A stretch of 64,000 nucleotides of DNA from Eledone cirrhosa (GCA_964016885.1 OZ024740.1:289416001-289480000); one strand, 5' to 3'; counted from the first letter of the stretch, positions 1-13,280 are shown. Notes: generated by a model from the sequence alone, not told the origin. A program made the numbers and translations.

Positions 1-170
1 GAGACTTATAGAATACTTAGCTGTGAATATTTTCGAATATTCTATGTCTATATATATATATATATATATATACCAGGTGCGTTTTTAGTACCCCCTTTTT
101 TATCATCATTTACCTTATATATATACACATTTACACAAACATATAATATACACATATACACACACAAACA

Positions 171-219
<49 letters not shown>

Positions 220-249
220 GCACATATATATACATACATATGAATATAT

Positions 250-280
<31 letters not shown>

Positions 281-409
281 GGAAAGTTATATTTAAATTG
301 TTGGGTTACAACTAGTAAATATTTATAACTGATATAAAAGCACTCAACAAGTATTTGGAGTATATTTACGATATTAAATAAATGGAAACTATATTTATAA
401 AACCATATT

Positions 410-475
410 TATTTCATTATATATATTTCAGGGATATCATATTAACAATATGTTATGCCTTCTTCAGACAAAATA
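410..475 (-). ncRNA. Type I hammerhead ribozyme in a Penelope pLTR-like fragment (second copy 2851-2916)
   Basis: Minus strand reads tattttgt-CTGAAGA-aggcataacatattgttaatatgatatccct-GAAA-tatata-TA-atgaaata. Stem I is 8 bp (2 G.U), stem II is long, stem III is palindromic, and the triplet is AUA. The flank matches the 3' end of the Penelope element at about 18620-18690. Confidence 0.7.
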
Positions 476-637
476 CAATATAGACAGTTTTATAGATAAA
501 TAGATTTGACATACCGTTCAACATCGACTTGTATTTGAAAATCAACTTTTTCAAATACAAGTCGATGTTGAACGGTATGTCAAATCTATTTATATATAAA
601 ACTGTCTATATTGAATTTTGTCTGAAGAAGGCATAAC

Positions 638-642
<5 letters not shown>
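447..642. repeat. Long near-perfect hairpin, about 94 bp arms with an 8 nt loop (second copy 2888-3083)
   Basis: 447-540 is the reverse complement of 549-642 with about 2 mismatches; the loop is atcaactt. Confidence 0.9.
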
Positions 643-681
<39 letters not shown>

Positions 682-915
682 TGCTACTGTACGTCTGTAT
701 ACATATATGTATGTACGTATACAAACATACTTACATTTAAGTAAGTGCCATACTAAGAGTGAGAAATGAAATTTCGTTTTCATTTTTTTCAACTTATCGT
801 TTTCGGTATGCCTGACCGATTTAACTCACTCAATATGCAAATTAGGCTGCTCAGCCGTTAATTTTCATAAGGAAATTATATACTTTCGAACGTTCAACTA
901 TCTGGCAGATGGGTA

Positions 916-960
916 AACGGTGCTGATGATAGCTAACAAGCTTGAAACTAGTACATCGTT
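916..960 (+). ncRNA. Minimal type I hammerhead ribozyme, one per ~450 bp unit
   Basis: aacggtg-CTGATGA-t-agct-aaca-agct-t-GAAA-ctag-TA-catcgtt: 7 bp stem I, 4 bp stem II, palindromic stem III and a GUA triplet. Identical copies lie at 1444, 2068, 3343, 3857, 4499, 6574, 7086, 7736, 9811 and 10311 (each 45 nt). Confidence 0.88.
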
Positions 961-1122
961 CCTGTATCAGTGTTGAACAAAAAGGTGACGTGGTTGCCTT
1001 AACACCGTATGGCATAAATTCAGGCTGTTCGCTTTGTTGACAAACAAACGAACAAAGCGGCCGGCGTTATAATAAACGTCGGCTAAACTGATGCGTGCAT
1101 ATATGTATGTGTACCTGTATGC

Positions 1123-1206
<84 letters not shown>

Positions 1207-1650
1207 GCATGCTACTGCACGTCTGTATACATATATGTATGTACGTATACATACATACTTACATTTAAGTAAGTGCCATACTAAGAGTGAGAAATGAAAT
1301 TTCGTTTTCATTTTTTTCAACTTATCGTTTTCGGTATGCCTGACCGATTTAACTCACTCAATATGCAAATTAGGCTGCTCAGCCGTTAATTTTCATAAGG
1401 AAAGTATATACTTTCGAACGTTCAACTATCTGGCAGATGGGTAAACGGTGCTGATGATAGCTAACAAGCTTGAAACTAGTACATCGTTCCTGTGTCAGTG
1501 TTGAACAAAAAGGTGACGTGGTTGCCTTAACACCGTATGGCATAAATTCAGGCTGTTCGCTTTGTTGACAAACAAACGAACAAAGCGGCCGGCGTTATAA
1601 TAAACGTCGGCTAAACTGATGCGTGCATATATGTATGTGTACCTGTATGC

Positions 1651-1709
<59 letters not shown>

Positions 1710-1782
1710 CCCCACTCTCCTGAGCGTGAATCTAATAAACATTTGTCGTACTGCCTCTCTGTTCTGTCCCTGTTCAATTTTT

Positions 1783-1833
<51 letters not shown>

Positions 1834-2274
1834 TGCTACTGTACGTCTGTATACATATATGTATGTACGTATACATACATACTTACATTTAAGTAAGTGC
1901 CATACTAAGAGTGAGAAATGAAATTTCGTTTTCATTTTTTTCAACTTATCGTTTTCGGTATGCCTGACCGATTTAACTCACTCAATATGCAAATTAGGCT
2001 GCTCAGCCGTTAATTTTCATAAGGAAAGTATATACTTTCGAACGTTCAACTATCTGGCAGATGGGTAAACGGTGCTGATGATAGCTAACAAGCTTGAAAC
2101 TAGTACATCGTTCCTGTGTCAGTGTTGAACAAAAAGGTGACGTGGTTGCCTTAACACCGTATGGCATAAATTCAGGCTGTTCGCTTTGTTGACAAACAAA
2201 CGAACAAAGCGGCCGGCGTTATAATAAACGTCGGCTAAACTGATGCGTGCATATATGTATGTGTACCTGTATGC

Positions 2275-2351
<77 letters not shown>

Positions 2352-2424
2352 CCCCACTCTCCTGAGCGTGAATCTAATAAACATTTGTCGTACTGCCTCT
2401 CTGTTCTGTCCCTGTTCAATTTTT

Positions 2425-2461
<37 letters not shown>

Positions 2462-2554
2462 AGGTGCGTTTTTAGTACCCCCTTTTTTATCATCATTTAC
2501 CTTATATATATACACATTTACACAAACATATAATATACACATATACACACACAA

Positions 2555-2660
<106 letters not shown>

Positions 2661-2690
2661 GCACATATATATACATACATATGAATATAT

Positions 2691-2721
<31 letters not shown>

Positions 2722-3549
2722 GGAAAGTTATATTTAAATTGTTGGGTTACAACTAGTAAATATTTATAACTGATATAAAAGCACTCAACAAGTATTTGGA
2801 GTATATTTACGATATTAAATAAATGGAAACTATATTTATAAAACCATATTTATTTCATTATATATATTTCAGGGATATTATATTAACAATATGTTATGCC
2901 TTCTTCAGACAAAATACAATATAGACAGTTTTATAGATAAATAGATTTGACATACCGTTCAACATCGACTTGTATTTGAAAATCAACTTTTTCAAATACA
3001 AGTCGATGTTGAACGGTATGTCAAATCTATTTATATATAAAACTGTCTATATTGAATTTTGTCTGAAGAAGGCATAACATATTATATATATATATATATA
3101 TATATGCATGCTACTGTACGTCTGTATACATATATGTATGTACGTATACAAGCATACTTACATTTAAGTAAGTGCCATACTAAGAGTGAGAAATGAAATT
3201 TCGTTTTCATTTTTTTCAACTTATCGTTTTCGGTATGCCTGACCGATTTAACTCACTCAATATGCAAATTAAGCTGCTCAGCCGTTAATTTTCATAAGGA
3301 AATTATATACTTTCGAACGTTCAACTATCTGGCAGATGGGTAAACGGTGCTGATGATAGCTAACAAGCTTGAAACTAGTACATCGTTCCTGTATCAGTGT
3401 TGAACAAAAAGGTGACGTGGTTGCCTTAACACCGTATGGCATAAATTCAGGCTGTTCGCTTTGTTGACAAACAAACGAACAAAGCGGCCGGCGTTATAAT
3501 AAACGTCGGCTAAACTGATGCGTGCATATATGTATGTGTACCTGTATGC

Positions 3550-3619
<70 letters not shown>

Positions 3620-4063
3620 GCATGCTACTGCACGTCTGTATACATATATGTATGTACGTATACATACATACTTACATTTAAGTAAGTGCCATACTAAGAG
3701 TGAGAAATGAAATTTCGTTTTCATTTTTTTCAACTTATCGTTTTCGGTATGCCTGACCGATTTAACTCACTCAATATGCAAATTAGGCTGCTCAGCCGTT
3801 AATTTTCATAAGGAAAGTATATACTTTCGAACGTTCAACTATCTGGCAGATGGGTAAACGGTGCTGATGATAGCTAACAAGCTTGAAACTAGTACATCGT
3901 TCCTGTGTCAGTGTTGAACAAAAAGGTGACGTGGTTGCCTTAACACCGTATGGCATAAATTCAGGCTGTTCGCTTTGTTGACAAACAAACGAACAAAGCG
4001 GCCGGCGTTATAATAAACGTCGGCTAAACTGATGCGTGCATATATGTATGTGTACCTGTATGC

Positions 4064-4124
<61 letters not shown>

Positions 4125-4197
4125 CCCCACTCTCCTGAGCGTGAATCTAATAAACATTTGTCGTACTGCCTCTCTGTTCTGTCCCTGTTCAATTTTT

Positions 4198-4264
<67 letters not shown>

Positions 4265-4705
4265 TGCTACTGTACGTCTGTATACATATATGTATGTACG
4301 TATACATACATACTTACATTTAAGTAAGTGCCATACTAAGAGTGAGAAATGAAATTTCGTTTTCATTTTTTTCAACTTATCGTTTTCGGTATGCCTGACC
4401 GATTTAACTCACTCAATATGCAAATTAGGCTGCTCAGCCGTTAATTTTCATAAGGAAAGTATATACTTTCGAACGTTCAACTATCTGGCAGATGGGTAAA
4501 CGGTGCTGATGATAGCTAACAAGCTTGAAACTAGTACATCGTTCCTGTGTCAGTGTTGAACAAAAAGGTGACGTGGTTGCCTTAACACCGTATGGCATAA
4601 ATTCAGGCTGTTCGCTTTGCTGACAAACAAACGAACAAAGCGGCCGGCGTTATAATAAACGTCGGCTAAACTGATGCGTGCATATATGTATGTGTACCTG
4701 TATGC

Positions 4706-4737
<32 letters not shown>

Positions 4738-4860
4738 GAATATAGACATAGAATATTCGAAAATATTCTGTATGTTTATAATAAACATTTTGAAGACCTA
4801 ATCGCTATAGAATAGAATACGTCACGTATTACAATTAGATTCTCGATAAAAGCAAGGGAA

Positions 4861-4903
4861 GTAATCTACGCGTTTCATTCTTGTTAGAAATCATCAGGAC
4901 TAC
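4861..4903 (-). ncRNA. Minimal type I hammerhead ribozyme of the 310 bp unit
   Basis: Minus strand reads gtagtc-CTGATGA-t-ttct-aaca-agaa-t-GAAA-cgcg-TA-gattac. It is nested in a 16 bp helix, attctcgataaaagca/tgcttttatcgagaat. Minus-strand copies lie at 5171, 5481, 8098, 8408 and 8718. Confidence 0.88.
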
Positions 4904-6084
4904 ATATCCAGTGCTTTTATCGAGAATGACACAGCTAGAGACTTATAGAATACTTAGCTGTGTACAGGAACTGGTTTGAAAGAGCGGTTGCCGGTCCGGC
5001 AGAAATTAGAAATTGGAATAAATGCTCTGAAATAGCGATATATATGTGAATATAGACATAGAATATTCGAAAATATTCTGTATGTTTATAATAAACATTT
5101 TGAAGACCTAATCGCTATAGAATAGAATACGTCACGTATTACAATTAGATTCTCGATAAAAGCAAGGGAAGTAATCTACGCGTTTCATTCTTGTTAGAAA
5201 TCATCAGGACTACATATCCAGTGCTTTTATCGAGAATGACACAGCTAGAGACTTATAGAATACTTAGCTGTGTACAGGAACTGGTTTGAAAGAGCGGTTG
5301 CCGGTCCGGCAGAAATTAGAAATTGGAATAAATGCTCTGAAATAGCGATATATATGTGAATATAGACATAGAATATTCGAAAATATTCTGTATGTTTATA
5401 ATAAACATTTTGAAGACCTAATCGCTATAGAATAGAATACGTCACGTATTACAATTAGATTCTCGATAAAAGCAAGGGAAGTAATCTACGCGTTTCATTC
5501 TTGTTAGAAATCATCAGGACTACATATCCAGTGCTTTTATCGAGAATGACACAGCTAGAGACTTATAGAATACTTAGCTGTGTACAGGAACTGGTTTGAA
5601 AGAGCGGTTGCCGGTCCGGCAGAAATTAGAAATTGGAATAAATGCTCTGAAATAGCGATATATATGTGAATATAGACATAGAATATTCGAAAATATTCTG
5701 TATGTTTATAATAAACATTTTGAAGACCTAATCGCTATAGAATAGAATACGTCACGTATTACAATTAGATTCTCGATAAAAGCAAGATTTCTAACAAGAA
5801 TGAAACGCGTAGATTACTTCCCTTGCTTTTATCGAGAATCTAATTGTAATACGTGACGTATTCTATTCTATAGCGATTAGGTCTTCAAAATGTTTATTAT
5901 AAACATACAGAATATTTTCGAATATTCTATGTCTATATTCACATATATATCGCTATTTCAGAGCATTTATTCCAATTTCTAATTTCTGCCGGACCGGCAA
6001 CCGCTCTTTCAAACCAGTTCCTGTACACAGCTAAGTATTCTATAAGTCTCTAGCTGTGTCATTCTCGATAAAAGCACTGGATAT

Positions 6085-6127
6085 GTAGTCCTGATGATTT
6101 CTAACAAGAATGAAACGCGTAGATTAC
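6085..6127 (+). ncRNA. Hammerhead ribozyme of the inverted 310 bp unit (second copy 9322-9364)
   Basis: gtagtcCTGATGAtttctaacaagaatGAAAcgcgTAgattac read directly on the + strand. Confidence 0.88.
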
Positions 6128-6280
6128 TTCCCTTGCTTTTATCGAGAATCTAATTGTAATACGTGACGTATTCTATTCTATAGCGATTAGGTCTTCAAAA
6201 TGTTTATTATAAACATACAGAATATTTTCGAATATTCTATGTCTATATTCACATATATATCGCTATTTCAGAGCATTTAT

Positions 6281-6339
<59 letters not shown>

Positions 6340-6780
6340 TGCTACTGTACGTCTGTATACATATATGTATGTATGTATACATACATACTTACATTTAAGT
6401 AAGTGCCATACTAAGAGTGAGAAATGAAATTTCGTTTTCATTTTTTTCAACTTATCGTTTTCGGTATGCCTGACCGATTTAACTCACTCAATATGCAAAT
6501 TAGGCTGCTCAGCCGTTAATTTTCATAAGGAAAATATATACTTTCGAACGTTCAACTATCTGGCAGATGGGTAAACGGTGCTGATGATAGCTAACAAGCT
6601 TGAAACTAGTACATCGTTCCTGTGTCAGTGTTGAACAAAAAGGTGACGTGGTTGCCTTAACACCGTATGACATAAATTCAGGCTGTTCGCTTTGTTGACA
6701 AACAAACGAACAAAGCGGCCGGCGTTATAATAAACGTCGGCTAAACTGATGCGTGCATATATGTATGTGTACCTGTATGC

Positions 6781-6851
<71 letters not shown>

Positions 6852-7292
6852 TGCTACTGTACGTCTGTATACATATATGTATGTACGTATACATACATAC
6901 TTACATTTAAGTAAGTGCCATACTAAGAGTGAGAAATGAAATTTCGTTTTCATTTTTTTCAACTTATCGTTTTCGGTATGCCTGACCGATTTAACTCACT
7001 CAATATGCAAATTAGGCTGCTCAGCCGTTAATTTTCATAAGGAAAGTATATACTTTCGAACGTTCAACTATCTGGCAGATGGGTAAACGGTGCTGATGAT
7101 AGCTAACAAGCTTGAAACTAGTACATCGTTCCTGTGTCAGTGTTGAACAAAAAGGTGACGTGGTTGCCTTAACACCGTATGGCATAAATTCAGGCTGTTC
7201 GCTTTGTTGACAAACAAACGAACAAAGCGGCCGGCGTTATAATAAACGTCGGCTAAACTGATGCGTGCATATATGTATGTGTACCTGTATGC

Positions 7293-7357
<65 letters not shown>

Positions 7358-7430
7358 CCCCACTCTCCTGAGCGTGAATCTAATAAACATTTGTCGTACT
7401 GCCTCTCTGTTCTGTCCCTGTTCAATTTTT

Positions 7431-7501
<71 letters not shown>

Positions 7502-7942
7502 TGCTACTGTACGTCTGTATACATATATGTATGTACGTATACATACATACTTACATTTAAGTAAGTGCCATACTAAGAGTGAGAAATGAAATTTCGTTTT
7601 CATTTTTTTCAACTTATCGTTTTCGGTATGCCTGACCGATTTAACTCACTCAATATGCAAATTAGGCTGCTCAGCCGTTAATTTTCATAAGGAAAGTATA
7701 TACTTTCGAACGTTCAACTATCTGGCAGATGGGTAAACGGTGCTGATGATAGCTAACAAGCTTGAAACTAGTACATCGTTCCTGTGTCAGTGTTGAACAA
7801 AAAGGTGACGTGGTTGCCTTAACACCGTATGGCATAAATTCAGGCTGTTCGCTTTGCTGACAAACAAACGAACAAAGCGGCCGGCGTTATAATAAACGTC
7901 GGCTAAACTGATGCGTGCATATATGTATGTGTACCTGTATGC

Positions 7943-7973
<31 letters not shown>

Positions 7974-7974
<1 letters not shown>

Positions 7975-9517
7975 GAATATAGACATAGAATATTCGAAAA
8001 TATTCTGTATGTTTATAATAAACATTTTGAAGACCTAATCGCTATAGAATAGAATACGTCACGTATTACAATTAGATTCTCGATAAAAGCAAGGGAAGTA
8101 ATCTACGCGTTTCATTCTTGTTAGAAATCATCAGGACTACATATCCAGTGCTTTTATCGAGAATGACACAGCTAGAGACTTATAGAATACTTAGCTGTGT
8201 ACAGGAACTGGTTTGAAAGAGCGGTTGCCGGTCCGGCAGAAATTAGAAATTGGAATAAATGCTCTGAAATAGCGATATATATGTGAATATAGACATAGAA
8301 TATTCGAAAATATTCTGTATGTTTATAATAAACATTTTGAAGACCTAATCGCTATAGAATAGAATACGTCACGTATTACAATTAGATTCTCGATAAAAGC
8401 AAGGGAAGTAATCTACGCGTTTCATTCTTGTTAGAAATCATCAGGACTACATATCCAGTGCTTTTATCGAGAATGACACAGCTAGAGACTTATAGAATAC
8501 TTAGCTGTGTACAGGAACTGGTTTGAAAGAGCGGTTGCCGGTCCGGCAGAAATTAGAAATTGGAATAAATGCTCTGAAATAGCGATATATATGTGAATAT
8601 AGACATAGAATATTCGAAAATATTCTGTATGTTTATAATAAACATTTTGAAGACCTAATCGCTATAGAATAGAATACGTCACGTATTACAATTAGATTCT
8701 CGATAAAAGCAAGGGAAGTAATCTACGCGTTTCATTCTTGTTAGAAATCATCAGGACTACATATCCAGTGCTTTTATCGAGAATGACACAGCTAGAGACT
8801 TATAGAATACTTAGCTGTGTACAGGAACTGGTTTGAAAGAGCGGTTGCCGGTCCGGCAGAAATTAGAAATTGGAATAAATGCTCTGAAATAGCGATATAT
8901 ATGTGAATATAGACATAGAATATTCGAAAATATTCTGTATGTTTATAATAAACATTTTGAAGACCTAATCGCTATAGAATAGAATACGTCACGTATTACA
9001 ATTAGATTCTCGATAAAAGCAAGATTTCTAACAAGAATGAAACGCGTAGATTACTTCCCTTGCTTTTATCGAGAATCTAATTGTAATACGTGACGTATTC
9101 TATTCTATAGCGATTAGGTCTTCAAAATGTTTATTATAAACATACAGAATATTTTCGAATATTCTATGTCTATATTCACATATATATCGCTATTTCAGAG
9201 CATTTATTCCAATTTCTAATTTCTGCCGGACCGGCAACCGCTCTTTCAAACCAGTTCCTGTACACAGCTAAGTATTCTATAAGTCTCTAGCTGTGTCATT
9301 CTCGATAAAAGCACTGGATATGTAGTCCTGATGATTTCTAACAAGAATGAAACGCGTAGATTACTTCCCTTGCTTTTATCGAGAATCTAATTGTAATACG
9401 TGACGTATTCTATTCTATAGCGATTAGGTCTTCAAAATGTTTATTATAAACATACAGAATATTTTCGAATATTCTATGTCTATATTCACATATATATCGC
9501 TATTTCAGAGCATTTAT

Positions 9518-9522
<5 letters not shown>
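7974..9522. repeat. Second block of 310 bp tandem and inverted repeats
   Basis: Matches 4737-6285 at an offset of 3237 bp. Confidence 0.95.
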
Positions 9523-9576
<54 letters not shown>

Positions 9577-10017
9577 TGCTACTGTACGTCTGTATACATA
9601 TATGTATGTATGTATACATACATACTTACATTTAAGTAAGTGCCATACTAAGAGTGAGAAATGAAATTTCGTTTTCATTTTTTTCAACTTATCGTTTTCG
9701 GTATGCCTGACCGATTTAACTCACTCAATATGCAAATTAGGCTGCTCAGCCGTTAATTTTCATAAGGAAAATATATACTTTCGAACGTTCAACTATCTGG
9801 CAGATGGGTAAACGGTGCTGATGATAGCTAACAAGCTTGAAACTAGTACATCGTTCCTGTGTCAGTGTTGAACAAAAAGGTGACGTGGTTGCCTTAACAC
9901 CGTATGACATAAATTCAGGCTGTTCGCTTTGTTGACAAACAAACGAACAAAGCGGCCGGCGTTATAATAAACGTCGGCTAAACTGATGCGTGCATATATG
10001 TATGTGTACCTGTATGC

Positions 10018-10076
<59 letters not shown>

Positions 10077-10517
10077 TGCTACTGTACGTCTGTATACATA
10101 TATGTATGTACGTATACATACATACTTACATTTAAGTAAGTGCCATACTAAGAGTGAGAAATGAAATTTCGTTTTCATTTTTTTCAACTTATCGTTTTCG
10201 GTATGCCTGACCGATTTAACTCACTCAATATGCAAATTAGGCTGCTCAGCCGTTAATTTTCATAAGGAAATTATATACTTTCGAACGTTCAACTATCTGG
10301 CAGATGGGTAAACGGTGCTGATGATAGCTAACAAGCTTGAAACTAGTACATCGTTCCTGTGTCAGTGTTGAACAAAAAGGTGACGTGGTTGCCTTAACAC
10401 CGTATGGCATAAATTCAGGCTGTTCGCTTTGTTGACAAACAAACGAACAAAGCGGCCGGCGTTATAATAAACGTCGGCTAAACTGATGCGTGCATATATG
10501 TATGTGTACCTGTATGC

Positions 10518-10556
<39 letters not shown>

Positions 10557-10798
10557 CATACATACTTACATTTATATATATATATATATATGTAAATATT
10601 TGATCGTTACGCAGCTCTCGGACCTCTCGCACAAAATCATTTTGACGTAGATTTGTAAAATAGAGAACCGTAAAATTAATTACAAAAGTATGTTTCATTT
10701 AGACAGAGGGTAATATTGTAGATTATGTATTTACTTAGATATAATAGCAATAACGATAACTAATTTCAATTCTTTTAAATTGAATAATTATAACGGTT

Positions 10799-11830
10799 TC
10801 TTTATTATTAGCCACAGGGGCCAAACATAGAGGACAATACAAAGAAGGGGACAGTGGGGATTTACATGCAATCGAGTAACAAAAATTAACAAAACAGATA
10901 AACAAAAAAATATCAACAACAGAATTCCTCCAATAAAAGGGGATACCACCCAGGGGCGACGTTATGAACCCTACAAATCCCCCCCCCCCTCGCCTCATTT
11001 CCTAGAGTACCCTAGGAGGGCGCTCCTCTTTCCCTCCATTTTCCAGCCTACATGCACATGCACATGCACAGGCCATTTTCGCAACAATACAATGATCTAC
11101 CTTTTTAAAAAATGTTCTGTGGGGCAGCATTTCTCTCTCCACCCTTATCTTCCTTTCCAAGCGGAACTTGAAAAAGTTACGAGGACTTGACCAAAGAGGA
11201 AAGTGTCTGTCTTCAGACCTTTCAGTCGCGGCGTCCACCACACAACCCCTTTTGCTACAGCTATTAGACTGAGTAAAACTGCCTGCTCTTCCAGGTCAAA
11301 AGAAGGCGGCGTAGCGATCTTCACTATGGACTTGATCGATAGTCGAATGCCTCCCACACGTGACAATAGTTGTTCGACATAACTCCATAAGTCAGCAATA
11401 CACGTGCACTTGACAAGTGCGTGTAAAAGGGTTTCGTCGCTCTGCGCGTATCTCGGACAGTTCCGTCTGACAGCACTACGGTCCCTATAGAGTTTATCTC
11501 GAATCGGCAGTGCACCCCGGTAGCACTTCCAAGCGATGGACTTTTTGAAATTGTGCATAGTCCCCGGATCGAAAGTCCTCCGTAAAAGACTGGCTAGTTC
11601 ATTCTCGTCGACGCCTAGAATATCCCCGAGAGTGTAGTCGCACTTGCCCACCACCAATTCTCTATAGACAATCCACTGACCGCATTGCCCGCCTGGTAGA
11701 GGGCAGTGAGCACCTGGCAACATTCCAGATGCCAGGCGCCCAATCTCGGTCTCTTCTTGATCCAGGACTGCAGCTCAGTCAAAGAAATGAGCTGCGGAGA
11801 GGCCCGTCTGATAAACGGCGATCAAACCTG
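10799..11830 (-). mobile_element. 5'-truncated L1/Tx1-type LINE 3' fragment
   Basis: ORF 11145-11723 (AWKCYRGALP...CPRYAQSDETLLHALVKC) is homologous to the C-terminus of the LINE at 59500-60150. AATAAA lies on the minus strand at about 10801. Confidence 0.8.
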
Positions 11831-12247
11831 TTTCCATAAAATAATAATAACAATAACTAATTTCAGTTCCTTTAAATTAATAATTACAGTATTGTTTTTT
11901 TAAATACATATTGATATATACATATATTTGGTGAACATTAAGGTAACTGCGCATGCCTATTATTAATATATAAATGTATGTAATTCTGGAAAATAATTGT
12001 TTAATTAACTATCCTTCCATATATTTAAATTTAAATTTAATTTTATTATATTATAAGCAACATTAATACATTTGAAGTATTATATAAAAAGCTTGGTACT
12101 TATGTTTTCCTGTAAAAGGTTTTCTTTGTGTCGTTGGAGGTTAACTTATCAATGAAAACAATCTTTTCAAACTATGATTCATTACCATTTATTATATTTA
12201 CATGCCTAACGTATTTCTAGTCAATGTACACATGTATGTTCTCATAT

Positions 12248-12430
12248 AATTGTTTCTACTTTTGGCACAAGGCCAGCAATTACCCAGTGCATTACTGGTA
12301 CTTTATTTTATCGACCCCGTAAGGATGAAAGGCAAAGTCAACCTCGGCGGGATTTGAACTCAGATCGTAAAGGGACGTAACTATGCTGGAAAGCATGGCG
12401 TCCGACCCTCCACCGATACTGCCAATCCAT
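12248..12430 (-). mobile_element. tRNA-derived SINE with a Deu/Nin-like central domain (family 1)
   Basis: Box B-like gagttcaaatcc followed by cgccgaggttgactttgcctttcatccttacggggtcgataaaataaagtaccag. Further copies or fragments lie at about 13315, 17375(+), 27203, 28920, 29113, 32232, 32443, 36955, 38292, 39727, 60446, 60612 and 62345(+). Confidence 0.85.
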
Positions 12431-13071
12431 ATAATATTGTATATAAAGGCATTGTAATCATTTTCTATTTTTTAATCCTATATGTCTGTTAATGTATGGA
12501 TGTACATAAGCGCAACATTTGATATACTGATTTTGATATACTGCTTTTGGTTTGCTTTTGCCTTTGCTTTTGCTTTGCTATGTATTCTCAATTGGTATGG
12601 TATGAACCTCATCCGTTGTATGGAGTCATCTCATGTATGTAACACAGTTGATACTTCGAACAATATCTGGACTCCTGAGGATATTTAGAGTGATGAACAA
12701 ATATCTCCTATGTATCGTGGTATGATTCACCGCTCTATATTGAAACATATGTTGAATAAAGATATGTTTTAAGTAAAACTTGGTTCTTCTTACCATTGAT
12801 AATTTATGAACTCTGCAGTCCGTATCCCAACTATCTACAGCATGATCTCCAACAGTTGAGAAAGTACTTAGCCGATTTCGGATTACTGCTGTATCAAGGA
12901 AATTGGATTGCATCGAACTACTCTCATCTTTACCAGGATCCAAATTGGAATGTCCCAATATCACCATATATATATATATATGTATAAAGCAGGATGGATT
13001 CAGTTAGAAACTAGCTAGCTGTTGAAACGGCAAGAGCTCAGCCGTCGAGGTCCTGTCTCATGCATACATAT

Positions 13072-13280
13072 AGATCGACATTCATCAAATAGGACCGAGG
13101 AAACAATGTTTCCATTAGTCTTTCTAATTGCTAATACTCTCTATCGGTCGCAACTCCAGGTAGAAGGAGCAACGTGAAATAAAGTGTCTTGCTCAAGGAC
13201 ATAACGCATCACCTGGTCCGGGAATCGAACTCACAACCTCACGATTGTGAATCCAATTCTCTTACCACTCAGTCATGCGA
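13072..13280 (-). mobile_element. tRNA-derived SINE (family 2, short form with a structured tail)
   Basis: Box A/B head (tgactgagtggt...gttcgattcc), CORE-like gtccttgagcaagacacttt, and a tail shared with 51377-51472 and 35551-35645. Confidence 0.75.

Larger units (their letters stand above)
4737..6285. repeat. 310 bp tandem repeat (about 3.4 direct copies) followed by an inverted ~1.6 copies
   Basis: agagcggttgccgg recurs at 4981, 5291 and 5601. Orientation switches at about 5786. Confidence 0.95.
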
